Below, one piece after another: positions 36,020 through 43,842 of a DNA stretch of 64,000 bases (its first letter is position 1; the number at the start of each line of letters is the position of its first letter). The notes beneath the pieces were generated by a model. It did no database searches, was not told the DNA's origin, and was given only the letters and a program-made list of their open reading frames with translations. This DNA is from Escherichia phage JEP8: the sequence record MT764208.1. The stretch is one strand, 5' to 3'. Position numbers and translations under genes: made by a program.

Positions 36020-36346
36020 TTAGAAAGAAACAGTTTTCAAGAAATCCAGATTTTCAGTACCGAATACAGAAAAGTAGTGTTTTCCTTTTTCGGTTTTAGA
36101 GAAAGCGATTGTCTTCTCTACATGGTGACGGAAGCCAGACAGACGATCACCCAGGTCAAGGCGGCAAGCGTAAGTAGTGCCGTTTTCGAAAGTAACCTCG
36201 ATTTGAGTTTTGTCGTATTCGCTTTCATAGGCTTTTGCTGCCGCTTCCAGTGCTTTACGCTCGAAGTCTTCGAAGTGGAATACTTCGTTTGCGTTAGCGA
36301 ATACAGAAGATTCAGAGAAGATAACTTTAACAGATACTGGTTTCAT
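36020..36346 (-). CDS. Hypothetical protein
   Basis: 108 aa, soluble. Confidence 0.5.
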   Translation of the reverse strand: MKPVSVKVIFSESSVFANANEVFHFEDFERKALEAAAKAYESEYDKTQIEVTFENGTTYACRLDLGDRLSGFRHHVEKTIAFSKTEKGKHYFSVFGTENLDFLKTVSF

Positions 36347-36387
36347 TTGATACTCCTTAGTAGTTCGTGTTTCGTTTCGATGGGTGT

Positions 36388-36416
36388 ATTATGCTATACA
36401 CCCTCTCGTGTGTCAA
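36388..36416 (-). promoter_or_regulatory. PeSL-like early promoter
   Basis: Minus strand TTGACA cacgagagggtgtatag CATAAT; gggtgta..tacaccc hairpin spans the -10. Confidence 0.5.
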
Positions 36417-36424
36417 CAACTTTT

Positions 36425-36613
36425 TTAGTCTTTTTTCATAATTTCTAGAGCAGTTTCTACAGCACCTTTCCAACCCTCCCACATAATGGACATAGTAATG
36501 AAGTTAAAGCACCCGCAGGAATCAGCCTTTTTAGAAATAAACCATTCTGCAAACTCTTCGCTCATACCATGCTCTTTAGCGGATTCGCGTAATTGTTCAA
36601 TTTGGTCTTCCAT
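36425..36613 (-). CDS. Hypothetical protein
   Basis: 62-aa ORF. Confidence 0.4.
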   Translation of the reverse strand: MEDQIEQLRESAKEHGMSEEFAEWFISKKADSCGCFNFITMSIMWEGWKGAVETALEIMKKD

Positions 36614-36622
36614 AGTATCACC

Positions 36623-36823
36623 TCAACACTTAACGTTATTCAAACGATTTTGAAAGTACATATAGCAAGCATAATTTTGTTTTGGCTGTACCGTATCAGA
36701 TAAGCACGCTTTTACAGCCTCGCGGTCCGATGGGTCTACGCCCTCAGCGTTAAGCAATGCTAAGATCTGATAATAGCGTACTCTCAGTTGCGTTAATGGT
36801 TTCTCTCCCATAAAACCCTCCAA
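36623..36823 (-). CDS. Hypothetical protein
   Basis: 66-aa ORF. Confidence 0.4.
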   Translation of the reverse strand: MEGFMGEKPLTQLRVRYYQILALLNAEGVDPSDREAVKACLSDTVQPKQNYACYMYFQNRLNNVKC

Positions 36824-37051
36824 TTAAAGTTGTTCTGCAATGTATGCGGTGCATTTACGGAGTTTAGCCATCGCACCACCTTTCATGTCGCTTGCACCTA
36901 CAAGGTTCATAATCTCTAAGCGGTCAGCCGGATTCAGTCTAGTAGCCCAGATCTGGTTAGCCAGTTCCATTTTACCCATCTGCGGTTCCATCTCTAACAG
37001 TTCGCGCTCAAATTCGATAATTTCTTTTGCTGCGTCTTTAAAGTTAATCAT
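36824..37051 (-). CDS. Hypothetical protein
   Basis: 75-aa ORF. Confidence 0.45.
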   Translation of the reverse strand: MINFKDAAKEIIEFERELLEMEPQMGKMELANQIWATRLNPADRLEIMNLVGASDMKGGAMAKLRKCTAYIAEQL

Positions 37052-37080
37052 TTTGGTCCTCCCGTTTCGTTGATGGTTAT

Positions 37081-37109
37081 ATTGTAGGGGAGTTATCCTC
37101 CCCTGTCAA
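37081..37109 (-). promoter_or_regulatory. PeSL-like early promoter
   Basis: Minus strand TTGACA ggggaggataactcccc TACAAT; perfect hairpin spacer. Confidence 0.55.
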
Positions 37110-37117
37110 CACTTTTA

Positions 37118-37303
37118 TCAGAAATATGCAATATAGTTTGCCAGTCCTACAGAGTCATCATTCGGCATTGCTTTTACTGCCAGTTCAAACCCTGCTTCAA
37201 CTTTCTGTTTAGCGGATTCTTCGTTATAACCCCAGATTACCAGAATAGCTACTACGTTTTCTTTGCTTACTGCTTTAAGTGCTTTAGTGATGCGACGTGC
37301 CAT
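37118..37303 (-). CDS. Hypothetical protein
   Basis: 61 aa after cassette RBS GGAGAATCAAATT. Confidence 0.45.
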   Translation of the reverse strand: MARRITKALKAVSKENVVAILVIWGYNEESAKQKVEAGFELAVKAMPNDDSVGLANYIAYF

Positions 37304-37349
37304 AATTTGATTCTCCGTTTAAGAAAGTGTGTTTCGTTTCGATGGGTGT

Positions 37350-37378
37350 ATTATGCTATAGGCCGGATCTGGTGTCAA
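37350..37378 (-). promoter_or_regulatory. Early promoter (TTGACA-17-CATAAT)
   Basis: Minus strand TTGACA ccagatccggcctatag CATAAT then conserved leader. Confidence 0.5.
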
Positions 37379-37403
37379 CAACTTTTTTAAAAAAATTTTA
37401 GGC

Positions 37404-37431
37404 AATAAAAAAGCCACTCCGAAGAGTGGCT
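37404..37431 (-). terminator. Rho-independent terminator
   Basis: Hairpin agccactcttcggagtggct followed by TTTTTTATT on the minus strand. Confidence 0.55.
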
Positions 37432-37576
37432 TATAGGGAAGGTAGCGAATCTTCCTTGTCTCCAACCTGCTAGCGGACTAGCAAGTGAATGCTTTAGCGT
37501 ACCGGATCGCCCACATACGCTGTAATAAATGCGGCTAGGTGACGTCCAAATCATTCTAACCGCGCTGTCTTTAGTT
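37432..37576 (-). ncRNA. Candidate small structured RNA (late-promoter to terminator, no ORF)
   Basis: About 150-190 nt without an ORF of 12 aa or more; bounded upstream by minus-strand TATAAATA (37583-37590) and downstream by the terminator; four or five predicted hairpins; GC-richer than flanks. Confidence 0.25.
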
Positions 37577-37581
37577 CACTA

Positions 37582-37800
37582 TTATTTATATCGCTTTCTC
37601 TCGCGACGTTTTTGATCTTCTTCCTTGATAGAGTTAAATGCATCAAAAAGACACATGACACTGATAATGAACATAACCGTATTTTCTACGATATCCCACG
37701 GCTTCGCATCAGTACAGATCCCCCAAACGGTAAGAAATGCAAATAAGGCAGAAGAGATCACAAGCATGATACTTGCTAAGATATAAAAAGTCATTTTCAT
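37582..37800 (-). CDS. Small membrane protein
   Basis: 72 aa; hydrophobic with basic C-terminus (KRRERKRYK). Confidence 0.45.
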   Translation of the reverse strand: MKMTFYILASIMLVISSALFAFLTVWGICTDAKPWDIVENTVMFIISVMCLFDAFNSIKEEDQKRRERKRYK

Positions 37801-37991
37801 GGTTTTACCTCAATTCTTCGATATTCATCACACATCCACGCAGTAAGCAAGAATCCCAACACATAAGCAACAAAATACGTTAATGCTTCTTCTGGTTCGG
37901 TGCTATGCGCCATCATCAGACCAGCGAGAAAGGTCTTAACAATTACATTTAAAATAATTAGCCACGCAAATAATTTCATCGTTTGCCCCAT
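37797..37991 (-). CDS. Small membrane protein
   Basis: 64 aa; ATGA overlap with upstream gene. Confidence 0.45.
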   Translation of the reverse strand: MGQTMKLFAWLIILNVIVKTFLAGLMMAHSTEPEEALTYFVAYVLGFLLTAWMCDEYRRIEVKP

Positions 37992-38200
37992 TTCGGACGA
38001 GTCTGTTCAAACTTATACATTACGTAACAATCTCGAATCATCCACGTAACAAGAGCACCAGTCAACACAGACAACACACAGAAGAAGTAAAACGGTCCGG
38101 TTGCATTATCAACATGAGCAAGCCATGTAAAGAAAACACATGCAAGGAATGTAAAGAACATCATAAAGCACAAAAAAGCGAAATATTTTATACTACTCAT
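37976..38200 (-). CDS. Small membrane protein
   Basis: ORF track starts at TTG; ATG at MSSIKYFAFLCFMMFF... Confidence 0.45.
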   Translation of the reverse strand: MSSIKYFAFLCFMMFFTFLACVFFTWLAHVDNATGPFYFFCVLSVLTGALVTWMIRDCYVMYKFEQTRPKWGKR

Positions 38201-38307
38201 ATCGCCACCATACAACAGATCATAAGAAAACCCAACGCAATAAGAATTGCATCAAATTTAGTGAACTCCGGTCCACCTATCAACATCATTCGTTCCTGTT
38301 CAGTCAT
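38197..38307 (-). CDS. Small membrane protein (36 aa)
   Basis: Below ORF-track cutoff; ATGA overlaps at both ends; MTEQERMMLIGGPEFTKFDAILIALGFLMICCMVAI. Confidence 0.3.
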   Translation of the reverse strand: MTEQERMMLIGGPEFTKFDAILIALGFLMICCMVAI

Positions 38308-38546
38308 AGATCACAGATCCATCTAAAAGCACCACATACAGCGATCAGGAGTGTAGGAACACTTGAGAAGAAAACCAACGTACAAAAATCATCTAGTGTA
38401 ATACCGGAATAACTACCGACTGCAATCACACCGATGATCAGACACAGAAAGAAAACAAATGCAATCAGAAACAAAGTATTGCTAAACAGTTTAGTGATCA
38501 TTAGACACCCCACGACGATCAATTTCAAAAACTTTTTTATCATCAA
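38304..38546 (-). CDS. Small membrane protein
   Basis: 80 aa, three hydrophobic segments. Confidence 0.45.
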   Translation of the reverse strand: MMIKKFLKLIVVGCLMITKLFSNTLFLIAFVFFLCLIIGVIAVGSYSGITLDDFCTLVFFSSVPTLLIAVCGAFRWICDL

Positions 38547-38694
38547 CGAAGCATGTCACAACTGCCTCGTTGACTTCCGCAAATTGTTGTGTTACCCACT
38601 TAAGGTCAGATCGAAACAATGTTCTATTAATAACAAATGTTTTACCGCTCTTATCCTTACCCATAAATTTTGCTTTAACCATATCCAATTCCAT
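38491..38694 (-). CDS. Hypothetical protein
   Basis: 67 aa; SD AAGGTGA. Confidence 0.45.
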   Translation of the reverse strand: MELDMVKAKFMGKDKSGKTFVINRTLFRSDLKWVTQQFAEVNEAVVTCFVDDKKVFEIDRRGVSNDH

Positions 38695-38703
38695 ATTATC
38701 ACC

Positions 38704-38862
38704 TTATTTGCTAATCGCTAAACCTAATCCGAAGAGAGCACCCGAGGCTACAGTATACCCGAAAGTTTCAAAGGCAGTAAAGACATCTAAGCCACCAGCT
38801 AACAGAGTTGCAGTAAACAGAGTACCAGCTACGAACATAAAAGTTTTACCGATAAATTTCAT
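38704..38862 (-). CDS. Small membrane/secreted protein (52 aa)
   Basis: Below ORF-track cutoff; cassette RBS GGAGAATCAAAAA; MKFIGKTFMFVAGTLFTATLLAGG... Confidence 0.4.
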   Translation of the reverse strand: MKFIGKTFMFVAGTLFTATLLAGGLDVFTAFETFGYTVASGALFGLGLAISK

Positions 38863-38898
38863 TTTTTGATTCTCCTTTCGTTTCGTTTCGATGGGAGT

Positions 38899-38927
38899 AT
38901 CTTACTACCCCCGTTTCATGTTGTCAA
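38899..38927 (-). promoter_or_regulatory. PeSL-like early promoter
   Basis: Minus strand TTGACA acatgaaacgggggtag TAAGAT then conserved CGAAACGAAACGAAAGGAG leader. Confidence 0.5.
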
Positions 38928-38933
38928 CTATTT

Positions 38934-39308
38934 TTAAGAATATTTTACTTCGTCTACAATGTCTTTCATGACATTGATTTCCATTCCGGTCAGAACACGT
39001 TGGAACATGTGCTGCACATACGCTTTCAGATATTCATTTGATGGCTTGCTATCGAAAGTCTTTTTAGTGTAGTAGTCATCACCGAAAGCTACTGTAATTA
39101 CATTTTCGTCGTCGTTCCAAGCGATATAAGCAAATTTGCCGTTATCCCAGAAGCGAGCACTAATTGCTACTTTTGTTGAATCGAATCCTACTTCGCTGTG
39201 AGATTCAAGAACTACTTGCGTGCCAGTTTCTTTATGAATGTAGTAGCGGGATACTAAGTCAAAGTTACGGGTGTAGTGACATTCGAATTTATCTTTAAAC
39301 ATCATCAT
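38934..39308 (-). CDS. Hypothetical protein
   Basis: 124 aa; cassette RBS GGAGAATCAAAAA. Confidence 0.5.
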   Translation of the reverse strand: MMMFKDKFECHYTRNFDLVSRYYIHKETGTQVVLESHSEVGFDSTKVAISARFWDNGKFAYIAWNDDENVITVAFGDDYYTKKTFDSKPSNEYLKAYVQHMFQRVLTGMEINVMKDIVDEVKYS

Positions 39309-39342
39309 TTTTTGATTCTCCTAAGTGTGTTTCGATGTGTGC

Positions 39343-39371
39343 ATTATGCTATAGTCGTTTATGGTTGTCAA
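39343..39371 (-). promoter_or_regulatory. Early promoter (TTGACA-17-CATAAT)
   Basis: Minus strand TTGACA accataaacgactatag CATAAT. Confidence 0.5.
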
Positions 39372-39381
39372 CACATAAAAA

Positions 39382-39407
39382 CAAAAAACCCCGAAAAATT
39401 TTCGGGG
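39382..39407 (-). terminator. Rho-independent terminator downstream of gp57B
   Basis: Hairpin ccccgaaaatttttcgggg followed by TTTTTTGTTTTT on the minus strand. Confidence 0.6.
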
Positions 39408-39414
39408 TATAAAA

Positions 39415-39879
39415 TTACAGTTTGGTCGTCCACTCCAGGTCTAGATCTTCGACATACTCATGAGATCGGACAATCTCTAAATCGAACTCTAGGTCAGTGC
39501 CAAATTTACGCGCACCAACATCATAAGAAAGCGTGATATGCGGTACATATTCAGGATAATCCCACGTCGCACCTAAAGCAGTTCCGATATCGTGTCTGAA
39601 TTGCATGTAGTCGCTTTCAAATGCCAGCACAAGTGCATTAGTACCGGATTGAGTTTCAAACACTTTAAGATGACACAGAGAGCCTAAGAACTTTTCCCCT
39701 TCTTCTGGGATAAACGGAACATAGACACGAGAATATAAGATAGTGCTATGCAGTTTATCACGAGGAACGGCATTAGGCAGATCGTAGAACTCCTGCAATT
39801 TTTCAATGCGGTCTAGTGTATCCTCAGTGAATTTAACAGCCGCATATGTACCTTTAACGGATTCTCGAAACGGGGTCAT
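39415..39879 (-). CDS. 57B: gp57B-like protein
   Basis: 154 aa from ATG after SD GGAGG; size and position relative to 57A/gene 1 match T4 57B. Confidence 0.6.
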   Translation of the reverse strand: MTPFRESVKGTYAAVKFTEDTLDRIEKLQEFYDLPNAVPRDKLHSTILYSRVYVPFIPEEGEKFLGSLCHLKVFETQSGTNALVLAFESDYMQFRHDIGTALGATWDYPEYVPHITLSYDVGARKFGTDLEFDLEIVRSHEYVEDLDLEWTTKL

Positions 39880-39881
39880 AA

Positions 39882-40142
39882 TCAAGCCTCCGTGATCAGT
39901 TCTACTTCCTCTTTATCGTCTTCCGCTGCTTCGTCTTTAGGGAGAAGTGCTTTCACTTCTTCGACAATAGCATCAAGGGAAACAGTGCCGTTTTCGTCTG
40001 GCTGAATACCCAGAATGCGTACCAGTTCCATCAATACACGCTCACGATCTTTCAGTTGGCCTTCTAAGAATGCGGCCTTTTCTTGAGTGTCAAACAGACG
40101 TACTTTCAGGACATTAATCATTTGTTCATGCTGATTGGACAT
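39882..40142 (-). CDS. 57A: Tail-fibre assembly chaperone gp57A
   Basis: 86 aa from ATG after SD AGGAGATG; small acidic coiled-coil protein; position before gene 1 as in T4. Confidence 0.7.
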   Translation of the reverse strand: MSNQHEQMINVLKVRLFDTQEKAAFLEGQLKDRERVLMELVRILGIQPDENGTVSLDAIVEEVKALLPKDEAAEDDKEEVELITEA

Positions 40143-40174
40143 ATTCACATCTCCTACTTGTTGATAACTTTTTA

Positions 40175-40831
40175 TTAAATGTTCGCGAGAATCGCGCTTT
40201 CAAATTCTTCTAATGTGCCATTATTTATAATGATGGTTTCACCGTCAATAGGCAAAATTCCTTTTTCGGTGGAGTGAGTCGATACAATACCAGTATCACG
40301 CTGAATATGCAACACCTTAGCACCCATAGCACGCATGAGAGCAATTTCAATAGGCTGACGCACATCAACCACTACAAAATACCCTTCTTCATTTTTGCGC
40401 TTCATAAACTCATCCACAAAGAGATTACACCAATAAAGCGGATTGATCAAGTTAACCATTATATCAGTACCGAGAGTGGTTAACATGAGACGAATAGACC
40501 AGACGTTATTATGTTTTTCGCCGATCTCATTAACAACCTTGTAAATCTCAGCCAGACGATCACAAGTAAAGGAGCTACCGCCATACTTCGAATCTAGCAT
40601 AAGCAGACACTGAATAAACCACTTATGCGCGGTATAGGTATCAATACCTAGATCGGCTTCTCTGTCACGCCCTAACCCGTCAAAGTCAAGATAAGTCAGA
40701 CCTAAGTCTGGTTGACATTCGCATAAGATTTCTTTGATCGGTGCTGCCAGTTGATAACTGTGTCCATCAATGATTAACGCGGCAGTGTCTTTTCCTACTC
40801 GCTTTTTACCACAAAGTGCAATCAATTTCAT
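40175..40831 (-). CDS. 1: Deoxynucleoside monophosphate kinase (gene 1)
   Basis: 218 aa; P-loop CGKKRVGKDT; LTTLGTDIMVN and VDVRQP resemble T4 dNMP kinase as recalled. Confidence 0.85.
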   Translation of the reverse strand: MKLIALCGKKRVGKDTAALIIDGHSYQLAAPIKEILCECQPDLGLTYLDFDGLGRDREADLGIDTYTAHKWFIQCLLMLDSKYGGSSFTCDRLAEIYKVVNEIGEKHNNVWSIRLMLTTLGTDIMVNLINPLYWCNLFVDEFMKRKNEEGYFVVVDVRQPIEIALMRAMGAKVLHIQRDTGIVSTHSTEKGILPIDGETIIINNGTLEEFESAILANI

Positions 40832-40846
40832 TATATAAGCCTCTTA

Positions 40847-41437
40847 TTATTTTCTAAAAACAGGGTGCATAGCTTTAATACCTTCCACCCGCTGACGATC
40901 CGCCGCCTGAATTGCTGGGCGAGGAACGATCAGTTGACCATCACGTTCAATGCTCATTGTTTTAAAGGGAAGAATTGCAGTACACACCAGAGATTCATGC
41001 ATATCATCGGTGTATGTTAACTCAAGTTCCCCCAATTGTGAACACCAACAACCATAAAAGTTAAAGGTGCAAACAATGTTACGGCGTTCATTGTCCATCA
41101 TGTGGACTTGAACGGCTTCCGGCATTGAATCCTTCCACGCTGTGGAGTTACCGTTATTGTAGTCTACTATAGAAAGCATCCATGTGTAAAGGTTTAGATA
41201 GCTTTCCAAATGCTCATCGACAATAAACCGGACTACCAACGGGTCAAACTCCACATGACTAGACGGATAATCAGCAACCGCCAAACCATATTGACCAGCA
41301 ACTTGCTTAGTCGGTGGAATGGTTATAGCAGGAAGTGTAACACCTTGAGCATTTAAAGTAAAGCCTTTTGTTAGCTGTCCATCTGGAATATTGATCTGCC
41401 AGTTACTAGGGTTAGCATAGTTAAAGAGATTAGACAT
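40847..41437 (-). CDS. 3: Tail completion/sheath stabiliser protein gp3 (by synteny)
   Basis: 196 aa between gene 1 and gp2, the T4 gp3 position. Confidence 0.55.
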   Translation of the reverse strand: MSNLFNYANPSNWQINIPDGQLTKGFTLNAQGVTLPAITIPPTKQVAGQYGLAVADYPSSHVEFDPLVVRFIVDEHLESYLNLYTWMLSIVDYNNGNSTAWKDSMPEAVQVHMMDNERRNIVCTFNFYGCWCSQLGELELTYTDDMHESLVCTAILPFKTMSIERDGQLIVPRPAIQAADRQRVEGIKAMHPVFRK

Positions 41438-41626
41438 TACTGATTCCTCAAATGAAAATATTTATTAACAATTGTCGCTTTGCGACGTGCCGTAGGCACT
41501 GACTAATTTTTAACCGAAACAAATTTTTATTATTCTAAAGATCTTTCTTCGTTTTGGTTATGTTTTAACCAATAACTATATTTTTATACAGTAATAAATA
41601 AAACGGGTACTATACGAGGACTTCTT

Positions 41627-41881
41627 ATGACAGAAGACATTTTGTTAAAACTCTATGATCGTTTGGATAACGAATTAGCAACATTGCGGGGTGAAGTTCT
41701 CTATTTGTCTAAATGCAATACAGATCTGCTTAAGCAGATTGCAGAAAGGGATGATCAAATAAAATCCCTTTCAGGTGCATTACGTGATCGCGACAAGGCA
41801 TTAGAGATTTTACAGCGTGTTACCAATAAGGAAGAATTAAAAGACTTCTTACATGGTTATGCTCATGCCATCGATCTATAA
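41627..41881 (+). CDS. Small coiled-coil protein on the opposite strand between gp3 and gp2
   Basis: 84 aa; SD GAGGA 6 nt before ATG; near-late-promoter AATAAATA about 30 nt upstream; ends at a bidirectional terminator. Confidence 0.5.
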   Translation: MTEDILLKLYDRLDNELATLRGEVLYLSKCNTDLLKQIAERDDQIKSLSGALRDRDKALEILQRVTNKEELKDFLHGYAHAIDL

Positions 41882-41907
41882 TAAAAAAGCCCGTCATTGA
41901 CGGGCTT
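41882..41907. terminator. Bidirectional terminator between convergent ORF 41627-41881 and gp2
   Basis: Palindrome gcccgtca-t-tgacgggc flanked by A-run (plus) and T-rich sequence. Confidence 0.55.
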
Positions 41908-41911
41908 AATC

Positions 41912-42733
41912 TTATGCATCCTTCCAAACTTTCCTTGCGTCGTATTTCTTGCCTTTTGACATAAACTGATATGTAGGCATATAGATAATATTGCTCCAGT
42001 CTTTCGGGCTAATCTCAACAAGTTTTGTTTTAATGTGTCCCGGTAGATATGCTTTGATCATATGGTCACTACCACGCATACCTTTTACATCGCTCCATTT
42101 GATTTTTAAGCGTGTTTTATTGCTCAAGGTAGGAGTAGATGCATATTGCTTTAAAAGTGCCTCTAAAAACTGCTGACGGGCTTTAGGAGTTACATAGTGT
42201 AAGTTAAGACCCAACATTACAGTATTACCCGCCTTTGTCTTAGAATCACCCAGACAAATGATCAGCGGGAAAACATCCCAATATGGCAAAGTGTCTTTAT
42301 ACTTCGCATCATACATAAAGGTATAGATTCGCCCTACTTGCGGTTTTACAATCTGGTGTCCCTTTATTCCCGCTTTTATTGTTTTAGTAAACCACTCCTG
42401 TGATTTTTCTTTAGGGCGACTCTTTGATACAGCACGCATAGACGCACGAAAATCATTAATCATCATCATTGCGCGTTGCTGCTTATTGAGACCCTTTGCG
42501 CCTTTCCCTTTTAGTTTTTCAACTTCTATTGCTGTTTTAATTTCGCTGGCATAACGAGACATACTTTTAGTGAAAGTCGCATAGGCTATTCCCTTAGAAT
42601 CTGCAAATGCTTTAGCTGTCATGCCTTTGGCTTTTGCTTTCGCAAATTCTACACCCAATTCGACCCACTGTTTAGACTTTCGTTTTTGGGGAGACGGCTT
42701 TTCGTCTTCGGTGATTATTTCAAATACGCTCAT
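41912..42733 (-). CDS. 2: DNA end protector protein gp2
   Basis: 273 aa (T4 gp2 about 274 aa), basic; position between gp3 and gp4. Confidence 0.7.
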   Translation of the reverse strand: MSVFEIITEDEKPSPQKRKSKQWVELGVEFAKAKAKGMTAKAFADSKGIAYATFTKSMSRYASEIKTAIEVEKLKGKGAKGLNKQQRAMMMINDFRASMRAVSKSRPKEKSQEWFTKTIKAGIKGHQIVKPQVGRIYTFMYDAKYKDTLPYWDVFPLIICLGDSKTKAGNTVMLGLNLHYVTPKARQQFLEALLKQYASTPTLSNKTRLKIKWSDVKGMRGSDHMIKAYLPGHIKTKLVEISPKDWSNIIYMPTYQFMSKGKKYDARKVWKDA

Positions 42734-42744
42734 AATATTATCCT

Positions 42745-43221
42745 CTATTTGTTAAGCCCTTTAAAGCCAAACACTTTCTTTAATGCATGTTCGGTTATGA
42801 TCTTAAACTCCATGTTATGCTTTTGGCACAAATCAACCGCAGCTTTCCACTTTTCCGTGTTTACAGTATATGTGTAACACTCTTGCATGTATCTTTGCTT
42901 AGTCTTAGTGGTTATTCTTTTTGGCCTTTCCGGTGGCCGTGTCTCTTTTGCCGGTTTAACTTCCCACAAGAACTCTTTACCATCTACAAATTTCACCCAA
43001 AAATCCATATGATACTTTCTGGATCGTTTATCTGCGCTAGACCAGTAAGGTATAATCACACACTCAGAGTTCCATTTAGACACGCTAGGACTACGGTCCA
43101 AAAATTTCATTATGTGCAATTCCCAGCTTGATCTATAAGTGATTTTATGCAAGTTGTTTCCTTTGTACTTCTCAGGATTTTCTGGCTTGAACTTGCCCTT
43201 ATAAGTGTTAGATCCTCCCAT
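42745..43221 (-). CDS. 4: Head completion protein gp4
   Basis: 158 aa; MGGSNTYKGKFKPENPEKYKGNN...ITYRSSWEL...KPAKETRPPE resembles T4 gp4 as recalled. Confidence 0.8.
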   Translation of the reverse strand: MGGSNTYKGKFKPENPEKYKGNNLHKITYRSSWELHIMKFLDRSPSVSKWNSECVIIPYWSSADKRSRKYHMDFWVKFVDGKEFLWEVKPAKETRPPERPKRITTKTKQRYMQECYTYTVNTEKWKAAVDLCQKHNMEFKIITEHALKKVFGFKGLNK

Positions 43222-43236
43222 TTTAGCACCCTTTAT

Positions 43237-43244
43237 TATAAATA
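43237..43244 (+). promoter_or_regulatory. T4-type late promoter TATAAATA upstream of gp53
   Basis: Exact TATAAATA about 33 nt upstream of the gp53 ATG, followed by CATAATACTATT. Confidence 0.6.
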
Positions 43245-43276
43245 CATAATACTATTTATCAATTGAGGGTGCTAAA

Positions 43277-43831
43277 ATGCTCTTTTCTTTCTTCCCTGCC
43301 ATTGAATACAACGGCAAGATGATTACTGACATTGTGCGCAATTACCGCGCATATTTCAACGCAATAATTTCTGATTATAACATACAAACATATTACATTC
43401 AAGGTAGTCCACGACCGGAACAAGTTGCATATGAAGTATACGGAAACCAACAACTTTATTGGATCTTGCTGATGCTTAATGACGTATACGATCCGTTCCA
43501 TGACTGGATCACCGATCAAGAGACAGCATATGAATCAGCCGAACAACGATATGCAAACGTAGGAGGAAATCAAGTATTATACCACGTTGATATTGACGGA
43601 AACAAGTATTGGAATCTTACCGAATATCCGAAAGGATCAAGCAATTGGTATGATAAAGGGGATATTCATCATCGTCATTTGCAGTTTCAAGGTGCATTAT
43701 CGGCGGTAGACACACTGGAAGATGCGATCCTCCGCAATGAGGAACGACGCAAGATCAAGATCATAGATCCTACACAAATTAAACAATTTATTAACGCATT
43801 CATTCGAGAAATGGAAAAGGCTGATGTGTAA
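43277..43831 (+). CDS. 53: Baseplate wedge protein gp53
   Basis: 184 aa; MLFSFFPAIEY...YYIQGSPRPEQVAYEVYGNQQLYWILLM resembles T4 gp53 as recalled; precedes gp5. Confidence 0.85.
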   Translation: MLFSFFPAIEYNGKMITDIVRNYRAYFNAIISDYNIQTYYIQGSPRPEQVAYEVYGNQQLYWILLMLNDVYDPFHDWITDQETAYESAEQRYANVGGNQVLYHVDIDGNKYWNLTEYPKGSSNWYDKGDIHHRHLQFQGALSAVDTLEDAILRNEERRKIKIIDPTQIKQFINAFIREMEKADV

Positions 43832-43842
43832 GGTGATTAATT

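Noticed and set aside
37432-37576. tRNA gene in the ORF-free segment (T4 has a tRNA cluster in the equivalent region)
   Set aside because: Could not build a cloverleaf: no GTTCRANYC-type T-loop with matching acceptor stem on either strand. Kept only as a generic candidate small RNA.
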